Assembly: GCA_963702845.1 (NCBI GenBank)
Contig: OY969763.1
Span: forward strand, 4,672,001 to 4,736,000
Length of the DNA stretch: 64,000 bases
Source of the DNA: an uncultured Verrucomicrobiae bacterium
GTDB taxonomy: Bacteria; Verrucomicrobiota; Verrucomicrobiia; Limisphaerales; Palsa-1400
Direction of reading: 5' to 3'
Part shown: piece after piece, positions 1-12,300 of the stretch
How positions within the stretch are numbered: position 1 is the stretch's first letter
Layout of the letters: each line of letters opens with the position of its first letter
The notes under the pieces: generated by a model
Told to the model about the DNA's origin: nothing
Seen by the model: only the letters and a program-made list of their open reading frames with translations
The model's database searches: none
Made by a program: the position numbers and the translations under genes

Positions 1-1
1 A

Positions 2-2116
2 ATTCCGTTATCGGTGTTGAGCTCGGTCGTCGTCCTCAGCGCGCTTGGTGAGACAATCAATTTGATGACCATGGGCGGACTGGCGCTGGCCGTCGGTATT
101 CTAGTCGACGACGCCACTGTCGAAATCGAAAACGTCCATCGCCAAATGGCCAGCGGCAAACCGCTCAAACAAGCCATTCTCGATGGCGCACAGGAAATCG
201 CCCTGCCGGCATTCGTTTCGACGATCTGTATCTGCATCGTGTTCGTCCCGATGTTTTTCCTGACGGGCGTTGGCCGTTATCTGTTCGTTCCCCTGGCCGA
301 GGCCGTTGTTTTCGCGATGCTTGCCAGCTATGTCATTTCCAGAACCTTGGTCCCGACCATGGTGATGTGGTTCTACCAGAACCATTCTTACTACGAGGAA
401 CACGAAAACCGCCACGGCGCACACGTTCCACATTGGAAACGCCCACTCATCCGCTTCCAGGACAAGTTCGAAGCCGGTTTCGACAAGCTGCGCGAAGGTT
501 ACGCATCGCTTCTCGAGGCCGTGCTCGCGCACCGAATCGCCTTTGCGTCTCTTTTCCTTGCGTTTTGCATCGCCACAATTTTCCTCATCCCGATTCTCGG
601 GAGGGACTTCTTCCCGTCCGTTGACGCTGGTCAGATTCGACTGCACGTTCGCACTCGGAGCGGCATGCGCGTTGAGGAAACCGCGCGCACTGTGGACATC
701 ATCGAGAGTGACATCCGCACTCAAATCCCGACGAGCGAATTGGAAGGAATGCTCGACAACATCGGAATTCCGAATTCCGGCATCGCGACCAGCTACAGTA
801 ATAACGGGCTCATCGGCACGGGCGACGCCGACATTTTAATTTCGCTGAAGCGCGGCCATAAGCCAACCGATGAATACGTTCGCAAACTGCGGCGCACATT
901 AAACGAGCGCTTCCCGGGAAATATTTTCTATTTCCTGCCCGCCGATATCGTGAGCCAAACGCTCAACTTCGGCATCCCTGCGCCGATCAACATCCAAATT
1001 ACCGGCCGCAATCAATCGAAGAACCGCGAAGTCGCCGCGCATCTCATTGAGAAAATGCGCAAGGTTCCTGGCGCTGTAGACGTTCGTATTCAACAGCCAG
1101 CCGATTTGGCAAAACTGCAATTTACCGTGGATCGCACGAAAGCCGAAGCAATGGGCCTGACCGAATCGGACGTCGCCAATCAACTGCTGCTCAGTGTCAC
1201 CGGCAGTGGCCAAGTGGCGCCGGCGTATTGGTTGAACCCGGAAATCGGCGTGCAATATCTCATCAACGTTCGCGCTCCTGAACGCGAACTCGATTCGATC
1301 GGCGCATTGCAATCGCTGCCGATCACGAAAGGCCAGCAAGGCATGGCGCAAGTTGTCGCGAATGTAGCCACTGTCACCCGCACCAACGGAGTGCCTGCAA
1401 TCTCGCATTTCAACGTAATGCCGGTGATCGACGTTTTTGGTAACGTCAGTGGTCGTGATCTCGGTGGCGTCATGCACGATTTGGGCCCGTTGATCAAACA
1501 GGCGGAAAAAGAATTGCCGCGCGGCAGCTTCATTAGTGTTCGCGGCCAGGCTCAAACCATGGACTCGAGTTTCAGCGGCCTTCTCTTTGGGCTCGTCGGC
1601 GCCATCATCCTTATTTACCTGCTGCTCGTCGTGAATTTCCAGAGTTGGCTCGATCCGTTCATTATTATCACGGCTCTGCCGGGCGCGCTTGCCGGTGTGG
1701 TGTGGGCGTTGTTCTTCACTTTCACTTCACTCAATGTTCCGGCGCTCATGGGAACAATCATGAGCCTCGGTGTCGCCACGGCCAATTCCGTGCTCGTTAT
1801 CACTTTTGCCCGCCTCAATCTCGAACGCGGGATGAGCCCACTCGACGCTGCACTCACCGCAGGAACCGGCCGGTTACGTCCCGTGTTAATGACCGCGCTG
1901 GCGATGGTTATTGGAATGTTGCCGATGAGTCTTGGACTGGGCGAAGGCGGCGAACAAAACGCGCCGCTCGGACGCGCGGTCATCGGCGGACTCGTTTGCG
2001 CCACCGTTGCGACGCTCTTTTTCGTGCCGGTCGTATTCAGCTTTTTACATCGCAATAAAAAAGCAGTCGCACCTCAACACCACGCACCGATCGCCGCAAC
2101 ACCAGAATTGGTATGA
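2..2116 (+). CDS. RND efflux transporter permease subunit (AcrB/CzcA-like), 5'-truncated by window edge
   Basis: GILVDDATVEIENV TM4 motif, FFPSVDAGQI, GRLRPVLMTALAM and LGRAVIGGL motifs; the frame is open to the window start. Confidence 0.95.
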   Translation: MPLSVLSSVVVLSALGETINLMTMGGLALAVGILVDDATVEIENVHRQMASGKPLKQAILDGAQEIALPAFVSTICICIVFVPMFFLTGVGRYLFVPLAEAVVFAMLASYVISRTLVPTMVMWFYQNHSYYEEHENRHGAHVPHWKRPLIRFQDKFEAGFDKLREGYASLLEAVLAHRIAFASLFLAFCIATIFLIPILGRDFFPSVDAGQIRLHVRTRSGMRVEETARTVDIIESDIRTQIPTSELEGMLDNIGIPNSGIATSYSNNGLIGTGDADILISLKRGHKPTDEYVRKLRRTLNERFPGNIFYFLPADIVSQTLNFGIPAPINIQITGRNQSKNREVAAHLIEKMRKVPGAVDVRIQQPADLAKLQFTVDRTKAEAMGLTESDVANQLLLSVTGSGQVAPAYWLNPEIGVQYLINVRAPERELDSIGALQSLPITKGQQGMAQVVANVATVTRTNGVPAISHFNVMPVIDVFGNVSGRDLGGVMHDLGPLIKQAEKELPRGSFISVRGQAQTMDSSFSGLLFGLVGAIILIYLLLVVNFQSWLDPFIIITALPGALAGVVWALFFTFTSLNVPALMGTIMSLGVATANSVLVITFARLNLERGMSPLDAALTAGTGRLRPVLMTALAMVIGMLPMSLGLGEGGEQNAPLGRAVIGGLVCATVATLFFVPVVFSFLHRNKKAVAPQHHAPIAATPELV

Positions 2117-3261
2117 ACGAAGCCCCTATCAAAAAATCTTCAGGTCCCCTGCCCCGACTGAAACCTTGGGCGATCGGACTCGCTATTCTGTTCGCCATCG
2201 GATTTGTCCTCGGCATGTTGCCGCGCTGGAGACATACGAATGAACTCCGCGCTGAAACGCAGGACCTTGGTGTTCCCACCGTCATCGTCGCCAAGCCTGT
2301 CCCCGGCAAAGCTGAAGGCGGACTCAACTTGCCTGCCGAAGTGAAGGCGCGCATGGAATCGCCGATTTACGCCCGCGCCAGCGGTTATCTCACGCGGTGG
2401 AAAGTCGATCTCGGCGCCAGCGTTAAAAGCGGCGATTTGCTGGCCGAAATTGATGCGCCTGAATTGGACCAGGAAATCGAAGCGTCGCAGGCCGGTTTGG
2501 AACAAGCCAACGCCGCTCTCGCTCTCGCTAAAGTGACGGCCGAACGCTGGTCTGAATTGCTCAAGACCGCCAGCGTCAGCGAACAGGAAAACATCGAAAA
2601 AGCCGCCGACCTCAAGCTGAAAAAAGCTAACGTCGACGCGGCCAGCGCCAACCTTCATCGTTTGCAAGATTTGAAAAATTTCACGCACGTCATGGCTCCC
2701 TTCGACGGCATCATCACTGTGCGAGACATCGATGTCGGCGACCTTATCACGCCCGGCAAAGAACTGTTCCGCCTCGCCGACACCCGCACCTTGCGCATTT
2801 ACGTGCGCGTCCCCCAGTCTGCCACGCGGGGAATTTCAGTGGGAACAACCGCCGACATGATCGTGCCGGAAATGCCACAACGTAAATTCCCGGTCAAAGT
2901 CGTGCGCACCGCTGGCTCAATCGACGTCTCTTCGCGCACATTGCTGACCGAAATGGAAATCGACAACACGGCGGGGGAACTCGTCGCTGGCAGCTTCGCG
3001 CAAGTTACGTTCAACGACTCCGCCAAAGATCCCGCGCTAGTTGTGCCTTCAAATTGCCTACTCTTCCGCGCCGAAGGTCCTGAAGTGGGCATCGTCGCTG
3101 CAGACGGCCACGTGACGCTGCATCCGGTTATTATCGGACGCGACTTCGGTAAAACGTTGGAAATTCTTTCCGGCGTGCAGACGGGCGATCAGGTCATCAT
3201 CAATCCGGGCGATTCGCTCGTCACTGGCACGCTCGTGCGGGTTGCCACCGCAAAAGAATAG
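2113..3261 (+). CDS. RND efflux periplasmic adaptor (membrane fusion protein)
   Basis: N-terminal TM anchor, IYARASGYL...VKSGDLLAEID lipoyl half-motif, helical hairpin, APFDGII; ATGA overlap with the permease. Confidence 0.95.
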   Translation: MNEAPIKKSSGPLPRLKPWAIGLAILFAIGFVLGMLPRWRHTNELRAETQDLGVPTVIVAKPVPGKAEGGLNLPAEVKARMESPIYARASGYLTRWKVDLGASVKSGDLLAEIDAPELDQEIEASQAGLEQANAALALAKVTAERWSELLKTASVSEQENIEKAADLKLKKANVDAASANLHRLQDLKNFTHVMAPFDGIITVRDIDVGDLITPGKELFRLADTRTLRIYVRVPQSATRGISVGTTADMIVPEMPQRKFPVKVVRTAGSIDVSSRTLLTEMEIDNTAGELVAGSFAQVTFNDSAKDPALVVPSNCLLFRAEGPEVGIVAADGHVTLHPVIIGRDFGKTLEILSGVQTGDQVIINPGDSLVTGTLVRVATAKE

Positions 3262-3305
3262 TCACGAGCTGCCGGCGCGCTGCACCAGCATAAAAGCCCT
3301 GCTCA

Positions 3306-3343
3306 AAAGCAACAGCCCCGAGACGCTCACGCGCTCGGGGCTG
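3306..3343 (-). terminator. Rho-independent terminator after the giant surface-protein gene (may be bidirectional)
   Basis: CAGCCCCGAG (3313-3322) pairs with CTCGGGGCTG (3334-3343), followed on the minus strand by TTGCTTTT; lies between convergent genes. Confidence 0.7.
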
Positions 3344-3366
3344 CGATGTTTAAACTGTTTGCCTAA

Positions 3367-6300
3367 TTAAGGCAGTTCTTGCAACAGGAACTGACCGGCG
3401 TTCGTTCGGTAGAACAACCCAGCCGCCATCGACTGGTTCTGTAACACCACGCCTTTGATCTTGTCGGTCTTTTTATCGTTCGGATCCTGAAAGGAAGTTC
3501 CCATCAAACCGGTCGTTGCTGTGATCTTCAGGACAACCTTGTTGGTCGGGTTATAATTAGGATCCTGCACGACGCCCAATGCTTTAGTCACAATGTTGGT
3601 CACGCCTTTGCGATTCCCGTCGTAGAGGAATACCACACCATTTTTCGTCCAGTCATTGAAAGATATTGTGCTTGCCGAGTACGGCGAGCCGATGATCACA
3701 ATATTCGTGTTCGTGATTCCAGCCGGGAAGTTCGGTGTGGCTGGAGCAGTCGTAACGCTAGCCGGACGGAACCAATATAGATTTCCAGTCACGCCTTGCT
3801 GATCGCCCGTGAACTGCAGCCAACCCCACAGCACGCCGTTCGGGTTCTTCTTATACAATTCGCCGAACAATGGGAAGTGACCATCCGCTGAAGGTTTGCC
3901 AGCTTGCGCGACCCACGCGCTGCCGTCAGCCATCGTTCCGGCGATTGCGACATTTCCAGACTTCACGCGGTTGATAGCGCCGTATCCGTAACCATTCGGT
4001 GAATCGCCCTGCGGCGGCAACGCCATCGTGAAGCGTGCAGCGGCGGGAACTTCTGTCTTGTTGATATCGCGATACAAAGTCACGTTCGCAGTCCAACTGA
4101 CTGTCGTGACAGTTCCGGTGATGACACCGGTGAAGCCCGAACTCAGGTCGGCATACAGATCAACCGTCATCGCGGCCGCCGTGAAATGGCTGTGACCAGT
4201 CATATCGAAGCTGGCATTCTTGGCCGACACAGAGGTCTTCTGCCCACCGTTAATAACCTTTGCCGAGAACTTGTTAGCCGATGGATCAACGACCTCCGGC
4301 ATGCTGATGCTGATGTATCCAGCGCTGAGCGACCTAACAGTGGGTTCGGAGAACAAGCCACTGTAATTGCCTTTGATGTAGTAGAACGGATCTTCGAATC
4401 GCGCCACTAACGTTTTCGTCGGGTCAAAGACGTATGCGAATGTCAGGTCGGTTGAAAACAAAGTCGCATTCGCATTCGTGCTGTCGAACCAGCCAAGGAA
4501 ATGGCGGTTGGTCTTAGGCACCGCTGTGAGTGAGTAAGTCTTACCGATCATGACTTTCTTAACTTTATTGACAATGTCCGATGGCAAGATCGAAGCCGTG
4601 CTAGCGTTACCTTTATGCGGCCAATCCTGGATAACGACTACCAGCTTATTGGATGTTGCATAGAACACTACGGCGTTCGAGATCGTGGATTGATTGTTCT
4701 GATTATCGACCGCATAAACCGCGAATCTGTTCGTGCCCGCAAGCAGCGTCAATTGCGGGGTCGTCCAAGTCGCCGTGCCTGAGGCGACATGGTCCGCTCC
4801 GCCATTCAATGAGTAGTGAATTGAAGCGATCGGATTTTCGCCACTGGCCGTTCCATGGAACGTCCATGTCGGCTTGTTTGTGACGACATCTACGGATCCT
4901 GTGATTGTGACAGTTACTGTCGCCGCCGAGTTGATTGTGAACGTCTGCGTCTGGCTGGTGGCGTTTCCGCAAGCGTCGGTTGCAGTGTAGGTGCGTTGCA
5001 CCTGGAAGTGGTGCGCATCCACAACGTTGACGGTGGCGTCAGCCGAGTGGGTGACAGTTACGCCTGCGCCGCAATTGTCGGTGGCGGTAATGAGGCTGTC
5101 GTTAGCCGCTGGAATTTGGTTGATTGATGTGTAAGTCGCATCAGCCGGGAAGCCAGTGATTGTCGGAGCCGTCGAATCGTCCACAGTGATTGTCTGCGAT
5201 TGGCTAACTACCGTGCCGCAAGCGCTGGTCGCATGATATGTGCGCGTGATGGTGTAGTGGTTTGCGCAGGTTTGACCGCTGATCACGTCTGCATCGTGGG
5301 TGATTGCAACAGCAGCACCGCAAGCGTCGCCGGCGGTAACGAGAGTGTCGTTCGCCGCAGGGACTGAACTCGCACATGAGTAAGTCGCATTCGCCGGGAA
5401 TCCGGTGATGACTGGCGCAACCGGTGTGACCGTGATCGTTTGCACCCCGGTGCTGGTGTTGCCAGAGGAGTCCGTCGCAGTCCATGTGCGCGTGATCGTG
5501 TAACTATCATGGCTGCAACCTGAGCCGGTTTGCGTTGAACTTTCAACAAGCGCCACGTTCGCAGTCGCATCACAATTGTCTGTCGCGGTCAAAGTCGGTG
5601 CTGTCGGCACTAATGCGCAGGTGGCCGTTGTGCTCGCAGGAACACCGACCAACGCAGGAGCGGTGCTATCCATTACCGTGATGATCTGGTGCCCCGTGCT
5701 GGTGTTGCCGCAAGCATCGGTTGCGGTCCATGTGCGAGTGATGGTGTAATTATTAGCAGACGAACCAGCGGTGGTTGTTTGGTTCATACTGACGTTCGGG
5801 TTGCTATCGCAGTTGTCGGTTGCGGTCGGAGTGGCCGCCGGTGGAACCGCGCTGCATTGAGCCGTTGTATTCGCAGGAACACCAGCGAGGACCGGCGCGG
5901 TCGTATCGACAACCGTAACCGTCTGCGTGGCGCTGCTGCTGTTGCCGCATGCGTCAGTGGCCGTCCATGTGCGCGTCAGCACATAACTATTAGCGCACGA
6001 CCCAGCGGCACTGGATTCATTGAAGCTGATGTGCGGATTGCTGTCACAATTGTCACTCGCGGTCGGCGTCGCGGCCGTAGGAACAGAACTGCATTGAGCG
6101 GTCGTGCTCGGAGGAACTCCGGCGAGAACAGGAGCAATCGAATCACTAACCGTAATTGTTTGGCTCGCCGTGCTGCTGTTGCCACAAGCATCCGTCGCAG
6201 TCCACGTGCGCGTCAGCACGTAGTTGCCGGCGCAGGAACCCGTCACGGTGGATTCGCTCAGAGTAACATGCGGATTGTTGTCGCAAGTATCCGTTGCAGT

Positions 6301-9300
6301 TGGCGTAGCGGCCGTCGGCACTGAACCGCATTGAGCCGTCGTGTTCGCAGGAACGCCCGCGAGCACCGGCCCAGTCGTATCAATAACCGTAATTGTCTGG
6401 CTTGCGCTGCTGTGGTTTCCGCAAGCATCGGTCGCTGTCCAGGTGCGCGTCAGCACATAGCTGTTGGCGCATGAACCAGTGACGGTCGATTCGTTCAAGC
6501 TGACGTGCGGGTTGCTGTCGCAATTATCCGTCGCAGTCGGCGTCGCAGCCGTAGGAATGGCATTGCATTGAGCGGTCGTGCTCGTAGGAACTCCCGCGAG
6601 AACCGGTGCAATTGTATCGATCACAGTAATGTGTTGGGCAGCGGTGCTGCTATTCCCGCAAACGTCGGTTGCCGTCCAGGTGCGAGTCAGCACATAGCTT
6701 CCAGCGCATGGACCGGTCGCGGTCGTTTCAGCAAAGCTGACTGTTGGATTACTATCGCAATTGTCCGTCGCAGTCGCGGTCGCGGCAGTTGAAACTGCGT
6801 TGCACTGAACCGTCACGTCGGCAGGAACACCGGCGATAATCGGAGCAATCGTGTCATGCACCGTAATCGTCTGCGTCTTCACTGAACTATTGCCGCAAAT
6901 ATCGGTTGCGGTCCAGGTGCGGGTGATAACGTAATTACCCGCACAAGAACCGTTCACCGTCGATTCGTTAAAGGTCAGAGTCGGATTGCTGTCGCAACCA
7001 TCGGTCGCGGTCGGGGAAGCAGCCCCAGGAACACTGTCGCATTGCACTGTCGTATTCGACGGAACACCCGTGATCACAGGGGCAGTCGTATCGATGACGG
7101 TAATCGTCTGCGTCGCCGAGCTGCTGTTGCCGCACGCGTCCGTCGCCGTCCAGGTGCGGCTCAACGTGTAGCTGTTGGTGCAGGTGCCATTCACACGCGT
7201 TTCGGACATTGAAACAGTCGCGTTGGTGTCGCAATTATCCGTCGCGGTCAAAGTTGCCGCGGTCGGAACCACATCGCATTGCACGGTGGCGTCAGCAGGA
7301 ACACCTGTGATCGTTGGCGCAGTCGTATCGTGGACGGTGATCGTCTGGCTGGCGCTGCTCGAATTTCCGGAAGCATCGGTGGCCGTCCAGGTGCGAGTCA
7401 GGACAAAGCTGCCAGCGCAAGAACCGGCGGCAGTGCTTTCAGCAACGCTGACGACCGGGTGCGGGTCGCAGTTGTCTGATGCGGTTGGTGTCGCCGCCGG
7501 GGAGATAGCGCTGCATTCAACTGTCGTATCGGCAGGCACGCCAGCGAGCGCGGGCGCGATCGAATCAAACGCCGTGATGTGCTGCGCTGCCGTGCTCGTA
7601 TTGCCGCAAGCATCCGTCGCCGTCCAGGTGCGCGTTATTACAAATTGACCAACCGTTGCGCCGTTCGAGATTGTTTCGGCCAACGAAACCACAGGTGCCG
7701 AATCGCAAGTATCGGTCGCTGTCGGGGTGGCGGCAGTTGGAACTGCATCGCATTGCACGGTCACATCAGCGGGAACACCGGCGATCACAGGAGCGGTCGA
7801 GTCGATGACGGTAATTGTTTGCGCTGCGGTGCTGGTGTTACCGCAGGCATCGGTCGCGGTCCAGGTGCGGGTCAGCACGTAGCTGTTGGAACACGAACCA
7901 GCCGCGCTCGATTCATTGAAGCTGATGCTCGGATTGTTGTCGCAAGTGTCGGTCGCTGTCGGGCTGGCGGCAGTTGGAACGGCGTCGCATTGAACGGTTG
8001 CGGCGGCAGGAACTCCAGCGATGACCGGCGCAGTCGTATCGATGACGGTGATCGTTTGGCTGGCGCTGCTGCTATTGCCGCAGGCGTCGGTCGCGGTCCA
8101 GGTGCGAGTCAGCACATAACTGTTGGTGCACGAACCGGCTGCGCTTGTTTGATTGAAGCTGATGGCGGCGTTGGTGTCGCAGTTATCCGTAGCTGTCGGT
8201 GAAGCGACCAAAGGAACGGCGTCACATTGAACCGTCGCATCGGCAGGAACACCGGCGAGTAAAGGTGCGGTTGTATCAATGACAGTGATTGTTTGTGTTG
8301 CGGTGCTGCTATTGCCGCAGACATCGGTCGCAGTCCAAACGCGGGTCAGCACAGAGCTGCCGGCACAGGAACCAGGAGCGTTCGTTTCGCTGAAGCTGAT
8401 TGTAGGATTACTATCACAGTTATCCGTCGCCGTTGGCGAAGCAGCGGTCGTTACTGCATCACATTGGACTGTGGCATCGGCAGGAACACCAGCAAGCACC
8501 GGTGCAGTCGTGTCGATCACAGTAACATGCTGCGTGCTGCTGCTGCTGTTGCCGCAGGCATCGCTCGCGGTCCACGTGCGGGTCAGCACGTAGCTGCCAG
8601 CGCAGGAACCAGTCGCGCTGGATTCATTAAAGCTGATATGAGGATTGCTGTCGCAGGTGTCAGTCGCGGTCGGAGTCGCCGCTGTCGGAACAGCATTGCA
8701 TTGCGCCGTTGCGTCCGCAGGAACTCCGGCGAGCACAGGTGCCACGGTATCAATCACTGTAATGGTTTGTGTCGCGGTGCTGCTGTTGCCACAGACGTCG
8801 GTCGCGGTCCAGACGCGGGTTAACACGTAGCTGTTGGCACATGTACCAGCCGCGCTGCTTTCATTGAGGCTGATCGTCGGATTGCTATCGCATGTGTCCG
8901 TCGCGGTTGCGGTGGCGGCGGTTGGAACTGCGTCGCATTGCACTGTCGCGTCAGCGGGAACACCGGCGATCACAGGAGCAGTCGTGTCGATCACAGTGAT
9001 TGTTTGCGCGGCGGTGCTGGTGTTGCCGCAGGCATCGGTCGCGGTCCATGTGCGGGTCAGCACATAACTATTGGCACAAGAACCAGCTGCACTCGATTCA
9101 TCGAAGCTGATGCTTGGGTTGGCGTCACAGGTATCCGTTGCTGTCGGAGTTGCCGCGGCAGGTACTGAATCACATTGCACCGTCGCATCAGCCGGAACGC
9201 CGGCGATTACTGGCGCAGTCGTGTCGATCACGTTGATCGTTTGGCTGGCGCTGCTGCTGTTGCCGCAGGCATCTGTCGCAGTCCATGTGCGGGTCAGCAC

Positions 9301-12300
9301 ATAATTGTTGGCGCAAGAACCAGCAACGGTCGATTCACTGAGGCTGACGCTCGCGTTGGTGTCACAGGTATCGGTTCCTGTCGGCGAAGCTGCCGCAGGA
9401 ATGGAATCGCATTGGACGGTCGCATCGGCAGGAACTCCAGCCAGCACAGGTGCGGTAGTATCAATTACCGTGATTGTTTGCGTCGCGGTGCTGCTATTGC
9501 CGCAAACGTCGGTCGCGGTCCAAACGCGCGTCAGCACCGAGCTGCCGGCACACGAGCCAGGTGCGTTGGTTTCGCTGAAGCTGATTGTCGGATTGCTATC
9601 ACAGTTATCCGTCGCAGTCGGCGAAGCAGCGGTCGGCACCGCGTCACATTGAACAGTGGCGTCGGCAGGTACTCCGGCCAGAACAGGTGCGGTCGTGTCG
9701 ATCACAGTAACATGCTGCGTGCCACTGCTGCTGTTGCCGCAAGCATCGGTCGCGGTCCACGTTCGGGTCAGCACATAACTGTTGGCGCATGAGCCAGCGC
9801 CGCTGGTTTCATTAAAGCTGACGCTCGGATTGCTGTCGCAGTTGTCAGTCGCGGTTGGGGTCGCCGCTGTCGGCACAGCATTGCATTGCGCCGTTACATC
9901 CGCAGGAACACCCGCGAGCACTGGCGCAGTGCTGTCGTTAACGGTGATGTTTTGAGTTTGAGTCGTGGCGTTGCCGCAAGCATCGGTGGCGGTGTAAGTG
10001 CGCGCGATCGTGTAACGATTTGCGCAGCTACCGGCGGTGACGGCATCATCGGAATGAGTGACTGAAATTGATCCGCCGCAAGCATCCGTTGCGCTGACCG
10101 CGCCATCGTCGGCGGCAGGAACAGAAGCCGAGCATGAATAAGTCGCGTCTGCAGGGAACCCAGTAATCACCGGACCAGTAGCATCATGCACCGTGATCGT
10201 TTGAGTCTGGATGCTGCTGTTACCACAAGCATCCGTCGCCACATACGTGCGCGTGACGGTGAAATTATTCGGGCAATTGCTCGAAGTCACCGAGTCACTC
10301 AAATGCGTCACGGTTACACTTGAACAATCATCACTCGCCACGACCGCGCCATCGTTCGCAGCAGGAACGGCGTTCGCGCAACTCACTGTCGCATCCGCAG
10401 GAACGGACGTAATTGCCGGAGCCGTCGTATCGATGACATTAATGTTCGTCGAGCAAGCACTCGAGCAACCATTCGACGTAACGTTCAACGACAGGCTGAA
10501 ATTCGTATTGCAACCAGCTGCCGCCACCACGCTCACCGATTGAGCGTTCGCCGCACCATCGATTGTCGCTGCGCCGCTGACCGACCACGTATACGAACTC
10601 ATGCCCGCAGGTGCGCTGTAGGAATTCGTGCTGTTCGGACAAACCGTGTTCGCGCCGTTGATCGCGCAGGCCGGAAGCGCCTTCAAAGTCAACGCGCCGG
10701 AAGCCTGCACCGAGCAATGGCTCGTGCCGGTCGAATCGATCACCGTCACCGTGTAAAGACCGCCGTCGGTCACAGAAATCGTTTGTGTCGTCGCGCCGCC
10801 CGGGCTCCACGCATATGAATATGGTGCAGTGCCGCCGCTGGCGTTCGCAGTGATATTACCTGAGGCGCCCGTGCAAACAGTATCAGCTGAGACGCTCGCC
10901 GCGAGAGTCGGTGCAACGCTCACCACCGTCATCTCGATGCAATTCGTGGTGCCAGTTGTGCCAGTCGTCAGGGTAAACGTACCCGCATCGTTCGCCGTAA
11001 CGTTGGCAATTGTCGGATTCTGGTTCGTGCTGGTAAATCCGTTCGGACCAGCCCAGGAATAATAAACATCGCTGCCTGTGTCGGTTGTTATGCCGAATAA
11101 TTGCAACGTGCCGCCTTCGCAAACAGGACCGCTGTTGGAGGCAGTGCAAGTTGCCAGCGGCGCGGTCACAGTTTGCGTCAACGTATTCGTCACGCTGTTG
11201 AAATTGCTGTCGCCACTATAAATCGCAGCAACAGTATGATCGCCTTGAGTCAGCCCCGGAAGGTTGCCGCTGGTCGCGGCACCCGCTGACAGCGCCACCG
11301 GGCTCCCGACAAAATAAATACCGTCAACCACGAACTGAATTGTACCTGTAGGCGAACCCGTCGCAGGTGATCCGGCAGTAACGGTCGCCGTAACAGTTAC
11401 CGATTGATTCACGATCGACGGATTGACCGACGAAGTCACGGCTACCGATGCGTTTCCAGCACCAACGACCTGCGACAACGTCGAGCTTGTGCTCGTGTTA
11501 AAATCAGCAGAGGCACCGTAAACCGCAGTGATCGAATGTGAAGCAGTGTTCAACGAACTCGTCGCGAACGTGGCCGTTCCGCCGCTCAGCGGGCCAGTGC
11601 CCAAAGTCGTTGCGCCATCTTTGAACGTCACTGTTCCAGCGGGGGTACCGCCGCCAGGCGATGTTGCCGTCACCGTTGCTGTGAATGTGACTGACTGGCC
11701 CGAAACCGAAGGATTGGCTGAGGAACTTACTACGGTCGTCGTGTCGGCGGCATTGACCGTCTGAGTCAAAGCCGAGCTCGTGCTCGTATTGAAATCAGTC
11801 GAGGCACCATAAACCGCAGTGATGGAATGCGACGTTGTGCTCAACGCACTCGTCGCGAATGTCGCAGTTCCGCCGCTCAAAGAACCCGTGCCCAAAGTCG
11901 TTGCACCATCTTTGAACGTGACCGTTCCAGTCGGCGTGCCACTACCGGGCGATGACGCGCTCACTGTCGCGGTGAAGGTCACCGATTGACCAGAAACAGA
12001 TGGGTTAGTCCCAGAAGTCACCGCAGTCGTCGTGTTCGCAGCATTGACGTTTTGTGTCAGCGCCGAACTCGTGCTCGTATTGAAATTGCTGTCAGCACCA
12101 TAGACCGCCGTGATCGAGTGCGACGTTGTGCTCAACGAACTCGTCGCGAAAGTGGCCGTTCCGCCGCTCACCGTTCCAGTGCCCAAAGTGGTAGCGCCAT
12201 CTTTAAACGTCACCGTTCCAGTCGGCGTGCCGCTCGCAGGAGACACTGCGCTTACCGTCGCTGTGAAAGTCACTGATTGACCCGAAACCGAAGGATTCGC

